Assembly: GCA_023264615.1 (NCBI GenBank)
Contig: JAHFLU010000001.1
Span: 1-50,215, forward strand
DNA from: a bacterium
GTDB taxonomy: Bacteria; Patescibacteriota; Minisyncoccia; Phycocordibacterales; VMGT01
Direction: 5' to 3'
DNA: 50,215 bases
Shown here: positions 18,501 to 26,876 of the stretch, piece by piece
Layout: every line of letters begins with the position of its first letter
Position numbering within the stretch: position 1 is the first letter of the stretch
Position numbers and translations under genes: made by a program
Notes under the pieces: model-generated
The model's database searches: none
What the model was told of the DNA's origin: nothing
Seen by the model: only the letters and a program-made list of their open reading frames with translations

Positions 18501-20759
18501 GCACTTGCTCCCGCACCTCCCCCTCCAAAAATCAGCGAGGTCTCTGTTGTCGCCGTCCGGCCTACATCCGCAAAAATCACCTGGAAAACTGACCTTCCTG
18601 CAACGTCACAGATCGTCTTTGGAACAACACCCAAACAATATAAAATATTTTCACAGGAATTTTCCTCTTTAGAGATAGCACACGACAGAACAATCTCCGA
18701 TCTTATTCCGGGAACAACATATTATTTTCAAATCGTAACCAGAAACGAGCGCGGAATCGAGAGCCGTTCAGACGAAGGCATATTTACGACCGAGAGTATT
18801 GAAATTCAGACGGTCGTGCAGATTCAAAAACCAAATGCGCTTCCTCCCGGATCACCAGGGACACTTACGCCATTTATTGTCGCGGGAGAAACAACTGTTG
18901 CGGTACCGATCATTGCAACCCAAGGAGACACTAGTGCACCGGAGGTCACTCTTTTTGATTTCGATGAGAATCCCACACAAAATACCGCGCCTGTCATCCA
19001 CGGCCGCGCACGCGACAGTGCCGGTGTTATTGAGAGCGTTGCATATTCCTCTGACACTGGTACGACATGGCATCCGGTTTCCGAAGTTGCAGGAATTGGC
19101 TCTTCCGCAGCAACATTTAACGCAAAGATACCCAACCTGCGCGATGGCAACTACACAATTCTTTTCCGATCTCGTGATAATTCAGAAAATATCGGTACAT
19201 CAAACTCGCGCATTCTTATCATCGATATCAAACCACCAGTAACAGGAGCAAATATTATGCTCATGGGTTCACAATCCATTATTCCCTCCAAGTTCGGCAC
19301 AATCGAAACACTTTCCGGCATCACGCAACGTTTCGTTACCACAGCCATCGGCGGAGCAACATCGGTGACCCTCATTGCAAAAAAAATCGATCCAAACAAA
19401 ACAGGTGAGGAACCAGCCACAACAACACAATCAGAGCAACAACACCAGAGCACCCGCATCGAGGGCACTATCCGTCTTAAAAATAGAGGCGGGCAAAGTA
19501 TTAAACTCGTCAATAAAACCAGGCTGCAAGGAGCAAACGGCAAAATATACCGGATTTCTTCTGGTGAACTCACTGTTCCGCAAGCAAACGGCGACAAAGC
19601 AGGTACAGCCGAAGCAGTGATTGTTGCGGATGGCAATGGTGCAGAATTTAACCTGGAAGTCGGGAATATGACCCTCCCCGGCCTTGTCGGAACAGAATAT
19701 TTTAACCTTGTGCAGGGCGAGATAACCTCACCAATCAAGCTCCTTGAAGCTGTTTCTCCCGAGACAAACAAAGATCAGATCGAATTCCCTTTGGTTTATT
19801 CAAAAGCACAAGATGTCTGGTTTGGGGACATAATGCTCCCTGATCCAGGAACATATCAAACCTTTATTTTTGCAGTTGATGGGGCAGAGCGCCAATCAAT
19901 CCGACTAATGAATGAGATCCATGTAGGAGCCTCCGGCATCATACAAGATGAGAACACCAAACAACCAGTGCGTGGATCACGCGTAACCGTATATCAATAT
20001 TCTGATCAAGTTGAAAATTATCAAGTATGGCCTGGAGAGATTTTTAATCAGGCAAACCCACAGATTACTGCTAACACGGGTGAATATCGCTTTATTCTTC
20101 CGCCAGGAAAATATTATCTTAAAATTGAGCACGACGATTATGCCACACTCTACAGCAACATTTTCACTCTCACGGAACATAAAACGGTTAATGCTTCGTT
20201 CTCTCTTCATAAAAAAAATCAATTGCTATCATTTACCATACCGTTTATACACAAAAAAATTTCTTTACCGGCAGTACCTAATTTTCTCAATAATGCCGTA
20301 AATCATGCGGACGAAGCTGTTGTCAACCCACCTCAAGCAATCAGTCAGCTTATTGGTAAAACTGCTCCTCTTTTTTCTCTCCCCCTCGCTTCAACAAACG
20401 AGCCGATCGATATACGATATCTGCGCGGAAAAAAAACAATACTCTCCACCTGGTCGACGTGGTCACCCCACTCTCAAGTACAGATTCCGATCCTCGACGC
20501 AATTGTCCGAAGCGATCCGAGTAATGTGCGGGTGCTTCTCGTCTCACTTCAGCAAAGTGCAGGTGTCGTTGAAACATACTTACGACGCGGCAATTACACA
20601 ATACCAAGCGTCGTAGACACTGAAGGCAAGATCACGGAAATATATCCTATTTTTTCTCTCCCGCAGCATTTTTTTATTGACCGTAAGGGAATTGTTCGCG
20701 AAGTACATATCGGGTTTCTTAATGAAGCAGATGTGCGAAAAAAACTCGAACAGTTATAG
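15573..20759 (+). CDS. Giant secreted, cell-surface multidomain protein: BNR beta-propeller, FN3-like domains, carboxypeptidase-regulatory-like domain, and a C-terminal TlpA/redoxin-like domain with CxxC replaced by SxxS
   Basis: Signal peptide MQRFVVVVLIVAIVVSLLPPPHFAYA. Six SxDxGxxW BNR blades. Three ISWTT...EFG...Y.YRV FN3 units. The C-terminus GKKTILSTWSTWSPHSQVQIPIL...FFIDRKGIV aligns with the TlpA/ResA fold, but both catalytic Cys are Ser. Confidence 0.8.
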   Translation: MQRFVVVVLIVAIVVSLLPPPHFAYAATFIEDTQSEFNAGTHSSTVWDTNRVQLSLGSTSGTFTSQVLDGGTTNIPRWDSLAWTEGITTTEILGIDTASDVWASIGTSTVWQLAKDDYNSTNGNGATDMAIDGSESVYILQAQDLWKSTNHGYSWTFINTDYNGAGSSANGINIVTDNSNNVFIVAGNEDVYKSTNGGTSFSSVASNFNGGTGNVQGMVAVGANLFAVDVGADVWQSTDSGATWTALNTDYNSTAANGNSDEMTADNSGNLYILESQDVWKSTDSGTNWTKVNDDYNGSESQNGIEIAGDASGNLYIVEGDEDIWKSTDGGTNWTKTATNINGAGGNFAGLVTFTVSGDVTMQVRSGSANPPTGSFLGPDGSTGTNFTTPGGETVSVSNNRYFQYRITFSSDSETYSPTLTSATVTYTLVEPITATASVDTTWIKGAETSKNIIFTLNNSSGSSAAIQWVRFTRPSGSYTITGGSASGWSSSASASAVTFTGGSISAGSSKSFTVILDAASTDDASTAWTIAADDQSDGASTVGITAASGSSISTGIDATAPTNVSIASVSTDSPTQVTATAASSTDSASGVHSATYWFDETTAAAGATDSTAWQGSKVYTDAGLTTGTQYCYRVKARDAVGNESAYSSASCATPSASADTTAPSTVTNLAAGSPAATQITLTWTAPGDDGTSGTATRYDLRYATSALTDGTWSSATEATGEPTPSVAGSSESLTITGLSNSTGYYFALKTEDDNANISAISNITGATTTAPSSDTTAPTISNVIAGSITSTTATISWTTNEAADSEVEFGSTAGYGQSATEGSYGTSHTIRLSNLAPNATYHYRVRSKDSSNNLASTADFTFTTNTLSESSSTSGGSSDKSGPIISDIIASTTYKTAIVSWKTQESATARIEFGKTSSYGTSTKETKFYANEHSVFLDSLEADTEYNFRVISADLLDNASFSDNQKFKTTKLPAPALAPAPPPPKISEVSVVAVRPTSAKITWKTDLPATSQIVFGTTPKQYKIFSQEFSSLEIAHDRTISDLIPGTTYYFQIVTRNERGIESRSDEGIFTTESIEIQTVVQIQKPNALPPGSPGTLTPFIVAGETTVAVPIIATQGDTSAPEVTLFDFDENPTQNTAPVIHGRARDSAGVIESVAYSSDTGTTWHPVSEVAGIGSSAATFNAKIPNLRDGNYTILFRSRDNSENIGTSNSRILIIDIKPPVTGANIMLMGSQSIIPSKFGTIETLSGITQRFVTTAIGGATSVTLIAKKIDPNKTGEEPATTTQSEQQHQSTRIEGTIRLKNRGGQSIKLVNKTRLQGANGKIYRISSGELTVPQANGDKAGTAEAVIVADGNGAEFNLEVGNMTLPGLVGTEYFNLVQGEITSPIKLLEAVSPETNKDQIEFPLVYSKAQDVWFGDIMLPDPGTYQTFIFAVDGAERQSIRLMNEIHVGASGIIQDENTKQPVRGSRVTVYQYSDQVENYQVWPGEIFNQANPQITANTGEYRFILPPGKYYLKIEHDDYATLYSNIFTLTEHKTVNASFSLHKKNQLLSFTIPFIHKKISLPAVPNFLNNAVNHADEAVVNPPQAISQLIGKTAPLFSLPLASTNEPIDIRYLRGKKTILSTWSTWSPHSQVQIPILDAIVRSDPSNVRVLLVSLQQSAGVVETYLRRGNYTIPSVVDTEGKITEIYPIFSLPQHFFIDRKGIVREVHIGFLNEADVRKKLEQL
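15885..16630 (+). repeat. Six tandem intragenic repeats of about 141 bp (47 aa) encoding BNR/Asp-box blades: DVWKSTDSGTNWTKVNDDYNG...
   Basis: Repeated peptide blocks in the translation: WQSTDSGATWTALNTDYNS, WKSTDSGTNWTKVNDDYNG, WKSTDGGTNWTK and three more. Confidence 0.6.
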
Positions 20760-20787
20760 CGTGTACTATATAATATATTAATCTACA

Positions 20788-22467
20788 ATGTGGGAGTTAT
20801 TCTGGGTACAAAATAGCCACTACGTTCTTGAGATTTTCATCGCGTTCCTCATGGTAACGGCAGGTTGGATATATCTTGACGGCTGGATGATTGAACGAAA
20901 AGCAAGAACGCTTACGCGTTCTATTGGTTTTTTTGTGTTAACCTTTTGGGGATTTTTAAGTGCTGCACCGAATGGCCTCATCGGCCTTGGGAATATCAAT
21001 CAGGAAATGCTCGTTGATCTCGTCGGACTCGTCGGATTTGGTCTCATTCTGGCAAGTCTTCTTGTGGATCCTATTCCGGTGCGGCCTGGCAAAAGAGCGC
21101 CATTTTTCTTCGCCTGGCTCCTTGAAAAGCCAACTGATCTTGCCCTTATTCCCCCTGCCATTTTCGCACCGCTCAAAACAGGGTTTGCATTTGTTGCACC
21201 CATATTTGCCGTCGTCGGTTTTTTGTTTACGCAACCGAAAATCTGGCTTCTTGTTTTCTCGAGTATCACAGCAATACTCCTCTATCTTCACTATTCGTAC
21301 GGAATACAGAGCGAGTGGAAATATTTCTACCGCGGTTTTCTTTTTATTTCCATAGGGCTTGCTGTCGCTCTTCTTGGCTTGTTTCAAAACTCTTCGAATG
21401 TCCTTCTTGCAAAACTTGCCGCACCAAACGGGCTTTTTTGGATTATTGAATATATTTTCAAACTCATCGGCGCTGTTTCACTCGGTGTTTGGGCATGGGG
21501 TTTTATCCGTTTTCGCATATTTCCCCAAATTTTTTCAAGTTTTGTGGCGCTTTCATTTCTCATTTTTGTCTTAACGACTATCTTTTACACCGGTTTTCTT
21601 CTCAATAGAACACAAGATCGCGCTATGGAAGACCTTGAGACTAATGTAAAAACACTTGAATTCGCACTCTCCAAAATAAAGGAGTCCGCGATTCTCGCAG
21701 CACGTATTGCCTCAACCAACCCCCAAGCACGCGAGGCTGTCCGTACAAACGACAAAGAAGCTATTTTTAATAACCTAAATGCGCTCATGTTTGAGAACGA
21801 AACAGACTTCATGCTCGCAGTTAATAAGGGTGGCGAAGTTATGATGCGTGCCGAGGATCGTGAGCGTTATGGCGATAGCATTGCGCAGGATCCGGTGGTC
21901 TGGCGTGCGCTCGATGGTAAAGCCGTCGTCACCATCCAATCTGAAGAAGGCGTTACTGTGCCAACAATCGCAATTAGGGCAGCGTCCCCCATCGTTGACA
22001 CACGCGAAGACGGCAAGCCAGAGATCATCGGGGCTGTCGTCACAGGATACCTCATGGATATCGCATTTGTTGACGGTGTCAAAAAGATCACGGGTCTTGA
22101 TATCACTGTTTTTGCAAATGATGTTGCGGCAGCGACAACATTTACCCTTCCCAACTCAACCACGCGTCTCATCGGAACACGCGAAATCGACGAGAATATT
22201 ATCGGTTCCGTTCTTACAAAGGGTGAGCGGCATACAGGCACCGCGTCTGTTCTCAATCAGCCTTATCTCGCATCGTATATCCCCATATTTGACGTTGAAG
22301 AAACCCCGATCGGCATGCTCTTTACTGGCCGTTCCCAGGCATCCATCCTCGCCGTAGCAAGCGATACACTGCGCCTCACATTCTCTCTCTCAATTCTCTT
22401 CATGATCCTTTCCATTCTTCCTCTCGCATGGTTAGCACGTTTCATTACCCACAACCAACAGGTTTAA
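20788..22467 (+). CDS. Polytopic membrane protein with a C-terminal periplasmic Cache-like sensor domain, a final TM and no cytoplasmic output domain
   Basis: About eight N-terminal TM helices. Then an extracytoplasmic segment of roughly 255 aa, then TM helix LSILFMILSILPLAWLARFI and a stop 10 aa later. Confidence 0.6.
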   Translation: MWELFWVQNSHYVLEIFIAFLMVTAGWIYLDGWMIERKARTLTRSIGFFVLTFWGFLSAAPNGLIGLGNINQEMLVDLVGLVGFGLILASLLVDPIPVRPGKRAPFFFAWLLEKPTDLALIPPAIFAPLKTGFAFVAPIFAVVGFLFTQPKIWLLVFSSITAILLYLHYSYGIQSEWKYFYRGFLFISIGLAVALLGLFQNSSNVLLAKLAAPNGLFWIIEYIFKLIGAVSLGVWAWGFIRFRIFPQIFSSFVALSFLIFVLTTIFYTGFLLNRTQDRAMEDLETNVKTLEFALSKIKESAILAARIASTNPQAREAVRTNDKEAIFNNLNALMFENETDFMLAVNKGGEVMMRAEDRERYGDSIAQDPVVWRALDGKAVVTIQSEEGVTVPTIAIRAASPIVDTREDGKPEIIGAVVTGYLMDIAFVDGVKKITGLDITVFANDVAAATTFTLPNSTTRLIGTREIDENIIGSVLTKGERHTGTASVLNQPYLASYIPIFDVEETPIGMLFTGRSQASILAVASDTLRLTFSLSILFMILSILPLAWLARFITHNQQV

Positions 22468-22498
22468 TGACAATCATCCAAAGCCGTGTGCTGTATTT

Positions 22499-22530
22499 AA
22501 AAATACCACTTCGTCTGAAGTGGTATTTTT
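22499..22530. terminator. Bidirectional Rho-independent terminator (aaaaataccacttc gtct gaagtggtattttt)
   Basis: Perfect 14-bp stem including A/T tracts. It lies between the convergent sensor gene and the REC gene. Confidence 0.75.
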
Positions 22531-22987
22531 AATCTTTATTTTTGTGTGAAGTTTCTTCGATAACTTTTTTGCTTGCTAACGAACTTGCAGCATCCGGTAC
22601 CTCTTTCGATTTTGTGTATCCCGCAAGCACTTCTTTCACCTTTGCCACAACTTCGTCAGGACGATATGCGGACTTCACCAAATAGGCTACTGCGCCCAAT
22701 TCGAGGCCGCGTTCAATATCCTCTTGTGACCCCCCTAAATTGGTAAGAATGATAATAGGTATTTTGCTAATAGATGGGTCAGATTTTACACGCTCAAGTA
22801 CCTGCAGACCATTCACTTTTGGCATCATCACATCGAGAAGGACAAGATCGGGAGAAAATGAACGTATCTTCACAAGACCGTCCTCTCCGTTCACCGCAAC
22901 TTCAACTTCATAACCATCATTAATGAGCTTGCGCTGATACATGCGCACCATGAGCGGGTCGTCTTCTACAAGTAAAAGCTTGGCCAT
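22529..22987 (-). CDS. Single-domain (CheY-like) response regulator
   Basis: MAKLLLVEDDPLMV...DLVLLDVMMPKVNG...KIPIIILT. REC domain only. Confidence 0.85.
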   Translation of the reverse strand: MAKLLLVEDDPLMVRMYQRKLINDGYEVEVAVNGEDGLVKIRSFSPDLVLLDVMMPKVNGLQVLERVKSDPSISKIPIIILTNLGGSQEDIERGLELGAVAYLVKSAYRPDEVVAKVKEVLAGYTKSKEVPDAASSLASKKVIEETSHKNKD

Positions 22988-23070
22988 GCGTTAGAAATAT
23001 TGTTCTATTCCAGTAATTTTATCATTCACAGCAAACATCATGCAAGTAATCATTTCACAAGGCCTGCTTT

Positions 23071-23922
23071 TCACTCCTTCACCTTGCCCCCGCGTGATTT
23101 GAGATATATCTCATGATAATCATGCAGTTGCATAGCACGTTCAGTTCCCGCAATGGGTAATCTGAAACTAAACGTAGTCCCTTTCCCGAATCCTTCCGAC
23201 GTAACCGATATTTCCCCACCGAGAGCTTTCAAAATATGCCACACAAGATTGAGTCCCAAACCTGTTCCCTTTTCTACTGGCAAAACATGCTTTTCAATAT
23301 CAGGAAATTGTTTAAAAAGCTTTGAGAGATCTTCTGTTTTAATGCCCCCGCCCGTATCGGTGACGGTAACGAGAACTGTATCCGAAACGCTGCCATGCCG
23401 ATCATCTTTAATATTTACCGCGATAGAGCCTCCGCGGGGGGTAAATTTGAAAGCATTGCCGATTAAGTTGTCAAAAATTTGAAATAACCGTGAGCGATCG
23501 CTATATACAAACGGTGTATCTTTTAAACAAGTCATATAGAGAACAAGTCTTTTTTCTCTTGCAATCGGGGAAAATTCCTTCTCGACCGTCTCGAGCAATT
23601 CGCAGATATTGATTTCTTCCAGATCAAAACGCATTTGTCCCGTCGTTATCCGGGCAATATCGAGCATATCATCAACAAGCCCAGTGAGCCGGTCTGCCCC
23701 AAAAAGTGCGTCAACGAGATACTCGCGCGTAGCAGCCGGTATCTCGCCCGATTCCCCCTTGAGAACCATGTCCAAGTTTCCGCGAATGATATCGAGCGGT
23801 GTTCGCAGCTCATGGTTCGTCATCCGGATAAATTCATCTTTGACACGTGCCTGTTCATTCAGGTTTTTAATTTCCTGCTCAAGCATTTCTATCGAGCGAT
23901 CTGTACTCTCTCCTTCAACCAT
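23071..23922 (-). CDS. Soluble histidine kinase (coiled-coil, HisKA, HATPase_c)
   Basis: H-box MTNHELRTPLDIIRGNLD, N-box FDNLIGNAFKFT, G1 box DTGGGI, G2 box GTGLGLNLV. No TM segment. Confidence 0.85.
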   Translation of the reverse strand: MVEGESTDRSIEMLEQEIKNLNEQARVKDEFIRMTNHELRTPLDIIRGNLDMVLKGESGEIPAATREYLVDALFGADRLTGLVDDMLDIARITTGQMRFDLEEINICELLETVEKEFSPIAREKRLVLYMTCLKDTPFVYSDRSRLFQIFDNLIGNAFKFTPRGGSIAVNIKDDRHGSVSDTVLVTVTDTGGGIKTEDLSKLFKQFPDIEKHVLPVEKGTGLGLNLVWHILKALGGEISVTSEGFGKGTTFSFRLPIAGTERAMQLHDYHEIYLKSRGGKVKE

Positions 23923-23988
23923 ATTCTAGATACTACCACACACCTCGTGCGCTAATCCATCAACATAAATACTCTAGTCTAAGAGCCT

Positions 23989-24909
23989 CTAAGCCGGTTT
24001 TTGGAGTTCTTCTGTTCCAGTCCACGTCTGCGGAAGCGTAAAATAAAGGACGGATCCCGTGGCGCATGAAAAAATTCCCGCAGAACCTCCATGCGCCTCT
24101 GCCCATCGCGAGACAACCGTAAGACCCACGTGGTGCGAATGCAATAGTTGTCCTGCAGTAAACTCTTTCGTATCAATAGTTCGCAAATCGTCAATTGCAT
24201 CGCTGTATATTGTTTTGACCTCTCCCTCATCAAATATTTTGCGTGATGTTGCAACAGCAAGTGCAACCATCTCTCGTGAAAATTTTTCAGTCTTATTCCC
24301 GAATGTACATTTTTGGCCTGTGCTTTCTCCTGCCTCTTCTATTGTCTGCCCTTCTCGTACTCCAAACACATGCACATCAATAGTATCACCCGCCCTCGAA
24401 CGTTCGATTGTCGTTGAAAGCATATTGTCGATCATGTGGCTCACTGCACGCGCATCAAAAGCAGTTTTAGCGGACACATTTTTTGCCACATCCATCGAAA
24501 GAATAACAGAAGCTTTCATTGCTCGTGAACCGTAAAAATGCAGCCGCTCTTCAACAATCATCGCAAAAGAATAATCTCGAATGAAAATATCAAACGTGTT
24601 ATTTTCAAGACGCGACACATCAATATAATACCGGAGCGTTTCAAGCATCCGCACAACGTTTTCGTCAATAATATCGGTGTATTCCGCCATTCGTTCCTTA
24701 TCGTTTTGCATCTTTTCAGAACCCAAAAGCTCTGTAAAATTACGGATGGAGCCAAGCGGCGTATACAGGCTGTGTGCCATCGCATGGAGTCGCTTTTCAT
24801 ACTGTTCCATTTGGTGGCGCACCATTTTTCTTGTGCGACGCAATACCCCCAGTCCATATACGGCGTGAATAACGAGCGTGATGAAGAGCAAAAAGATAAA
24901 ACTGTCCAT
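23989..24909 (-). CDS. Histidine-kinase-like membrane protein with divergent ATP-binding motifs (possible pseudokinase)
   Basis: TM helix FIFLLFITLVIHAVYGL and H-box-like AMAHSLYTPLGSIRNF. An N-box-like stretch MIDNMLSTTIERS is present, but I see no clear DxGxG. The G2 box is degenerate (HHVGLTVV). Confidence 0.55.
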   Translation of the reverse strand: MDSFIFLLFITLVIHAVYGLGVLRRTRKMVRHQMEQYEKRLHAMAHSLYTPLGSIRNFTELLGSEKMQNDKERMAEYTDIIDENVVRMLETLRYYIDVSRLENNTFDIFIRDYSFAMIVEERLHFYGSRAMKASVILSMDVAKNVSAKTAFDARAVSHMIDNMLSTTIERSRAGDTIDVHVFGVREGQTIEEAGESTGQKCTFGNKTEKFSREMVALAVATSRKIFDEGEVKTIYSDAIDDLRTIDTKEFTAGQLLHSHHVGLTVVSRWAEAHGGSAGIFSCATGSVLYFTLPQTWTGTEELQKPA

Positions 24910-24969
24910 CTTCTATATAATACAACACGCGACATATGTTTTCTATCCAAAGACTACTTTTCACCGTGT

Positions 24970-26301
24970 ATGGGATATAATGGACGAATGGAAGTCTTCA
25001 GTAAAAAAGCATATCTTCTCATTGTCATCATCACGTGTTCTCTCGCTTTTCTTCTTGGCACGATAAAGACAATACAAAATACACATGTCCGTCTGGCATC
25101 TCCTCCTCCATACCTGCCGCCCCCTCCCCCGTTGCCACCAAGTCGCAAGCTACCGCCTCCCGTATCGCCACTTGATACCTATAAAAAAACGGCAGTCCTC
25201 GAGAAACCCCTCATCCTTAAAGGAGATGAGCAACTTATCATAGAAAACACACAATATCTTGCGCAAGATAATATCACGCTCCGCGACAATGCAACGCTTA
25301 TCATCAGAAATAGCTTTTTTGAACATCGAGGACTCGGGAAAAGCGTTTCCTTGCGGGCAGAAGGAAACAGTAAAGTCATTCTTGAAAACTCCCTCCTCAC
25401 CGCTCCGTGCGACGAGATGGCATATTGGCAGTTCAGCGGCTCTGCATCCTTTGAAACAAATACTGTCCGCCCGGCAGCCAATGGTTGCTTTCCACAACAA
25501 CGGTTCGAGGAGAAAGCATCTGGGGAAATCAACTCCTGGAGCAATGTCTCTGTCACCCTCTGTGATGCATCGAGCCTCAACCTTAAAAATTCCCGCAATA
25601 CAATCATCGACCTCTGTTTCAGTCCGCTTGCAATCGTCCGCGAGTCATTCCCGATAACACCTACATCTGTATACGCATTCCCCGGCTCAGACGATTTCAG
25701 AGTAGATTTCAAAGTTACGCTTACGAATGTAACAGTACAACACTGGGGAATCCATACTGCTCCAAAAACAGATATTGCTCTCAATGATATGCATAATCTC
25801 AACGTGCATGTTATCGCAGGCAAACCATGGGAAAAGAAATCTATTATACTTTCTGATCTTCGAAAAAAACTATACGCGCAGGAGACAATTCTTTTCTCTG
25901 ATGCCAAGCTGCGCCTCCAAAATGTAACGGTTAATAACTGGGATTTAACCGCAACATATAACAACAAAATTGATGTACAAAACAGCGAGATCAGAAATAT
26001 TTTTGCAAAAGAAGAGGGCGTTGTTGCGATCGAAAACAACAGTATTGTGAATAACATCGAGACAACAGACAGTTCAGAGATCACGGTGACAAATGCAACA
26101 GTCCTCAACAGTATAAGTTCTAATCAACTCAGTAAAATCACACTCACGAATTCTGTCTTTAAGGCAGCCTCGACAACAGATTTTTTTCATGTTCCATCAC
26201 AGACAATTCGAGCACGAGATCGATCCACCATAACACTTACCGATACACCGCTTAAAGGCACAGTCATCCAAGAACATGGCGGACGCGTTGTTGTGCAATA
26301 G
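24970..26301 (+). CDS. Membrane-anchored parallel beta-helix repeat protein with a polyproline linker
   Basis: TM helix AYLLIVIITCSLAFLLGTI, then PPPYLPPPPPLPPSRKLPPPVSP, then repetitive N/T-rich motifs (NVTVNNWDLTATYNNKIDVQNSEIRN...) typical of right-handed beta-helices. The upstream part of the track ORF (24538-24969) is antisense to the HK-like gene and is rejected. Confidence 0.55.
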   Translation: MGYNGRMEVFSKKAYLLIVIITCSLAFLLGTIKTIQNTHVRLASPPPYLPPPPPLPPSRKLPPPVSPLDTYKKTAVLEKPLILKGDEQLIIENTQYLAQDNITLRDNATLIIRNSFFEHRGLGKSVSLRAEGNSKVILENSLLTAPCDEMAYWQFSGSASFETNTVRPAANGCFPQQRFEEKASGEINSWSNVSVTLCDASSLNLKNSRNTIIDLCFSPLAIVRESFPITPTSVYAFPGSDDFRVDFKVTLTNVTVQHWGIHTAPKTDIALNDMHNLNVHVIAGKPWEKKSIILSDLRKKLYAQETILFSDAKLRLQNVTVNNWDLTATYNNKIDVQNSEIRNIFAKEEGVVAIENNSIVNNIETTDSSEITVTNATVLNSISSNQLSKITLTNSVFKAASTTDFFHVPSQTIRARDRSTITLTDTPLKGTVIQEHGGRVVVQ

Positions 26302-26306
26302 TTCAT

Positions 26307-26828
26307 TCACTTTTTTTGATACACGTAAACACCGCGCGCGATGACATCCGGCTTCCATGTGGGAAAAGAAAAATAATTGGAAACAACACGCGCTCCCGGC
26401 TGCAATTCCCGCAACAGTTTCTTCTCCAGTTCGGGCATAATGTACGTAACACCAAAAATCGTCACGACATCAAATGGGGAAAAATCTGCACGCCAGAAAT
26501 TCTTGCGATATATACGTGCCACGTTTTGAAGACCGGATCGACGAATACGAAAACTTGAAACAGCCCACAAAACGGGGTTCACTTCATATCCGAAAGCGTG
26601 CGCACCCGCTTTTGCGAGCTCAATCACCACACGCCCATCTCCCGATCCGATGTCAAGCGCTTTTTCTCCTTTCTGTATCCGTGCCAGAGTCACCATTCGC
26701 CGAATCTTTCCTTCATCACTCGGAGCATAGGGCGCTCCCCACCATATTGGCCGCCCAAAAAAATAGACAATCCCAAACAGGAAAATAGGAAGAAGAATTC
26801 TCATAAGCATAATCACTCCTTCAGTCAT
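26307..26828 (-). CDS. Class I SAM-dependent methyltransferase (N-terminal TM)
   Basis: Motif I ALDIGSGDGRVVIELA, then an acidic residue after beta-2 (FGYEVNP). Confidence 0.7.
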   Translation of the reverse strand: MTEGVIMLMRILLPIFLFGIVYFFGRPIWWGAPYAPSDEGKIRRMVTLARIQKGEKALDIGSGDGRVVIELAKAGAHAFGYEVNPVLWAVSSFRIRRSGLQNVARIYRKNFWRADFSPFDVVTIFGVTYIMPELEKKLLRELQPGARVVSNYFSFPTWKPDVIARGVYVYQKK

Positions 26829-26876
26829 ATACAGAAAGTATATCTCATAACGCTGGATTTTTGATATAGTGGAAAC

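Noticed and set aside
24538-24969. N-terminal 144 codons of the 587-aa track ORF
   Set aside because: They are fully antisense to the well-supported HK-like gene 23989-24909. The credible start is downstream, at 24970 or 24988, just before the TM helix.
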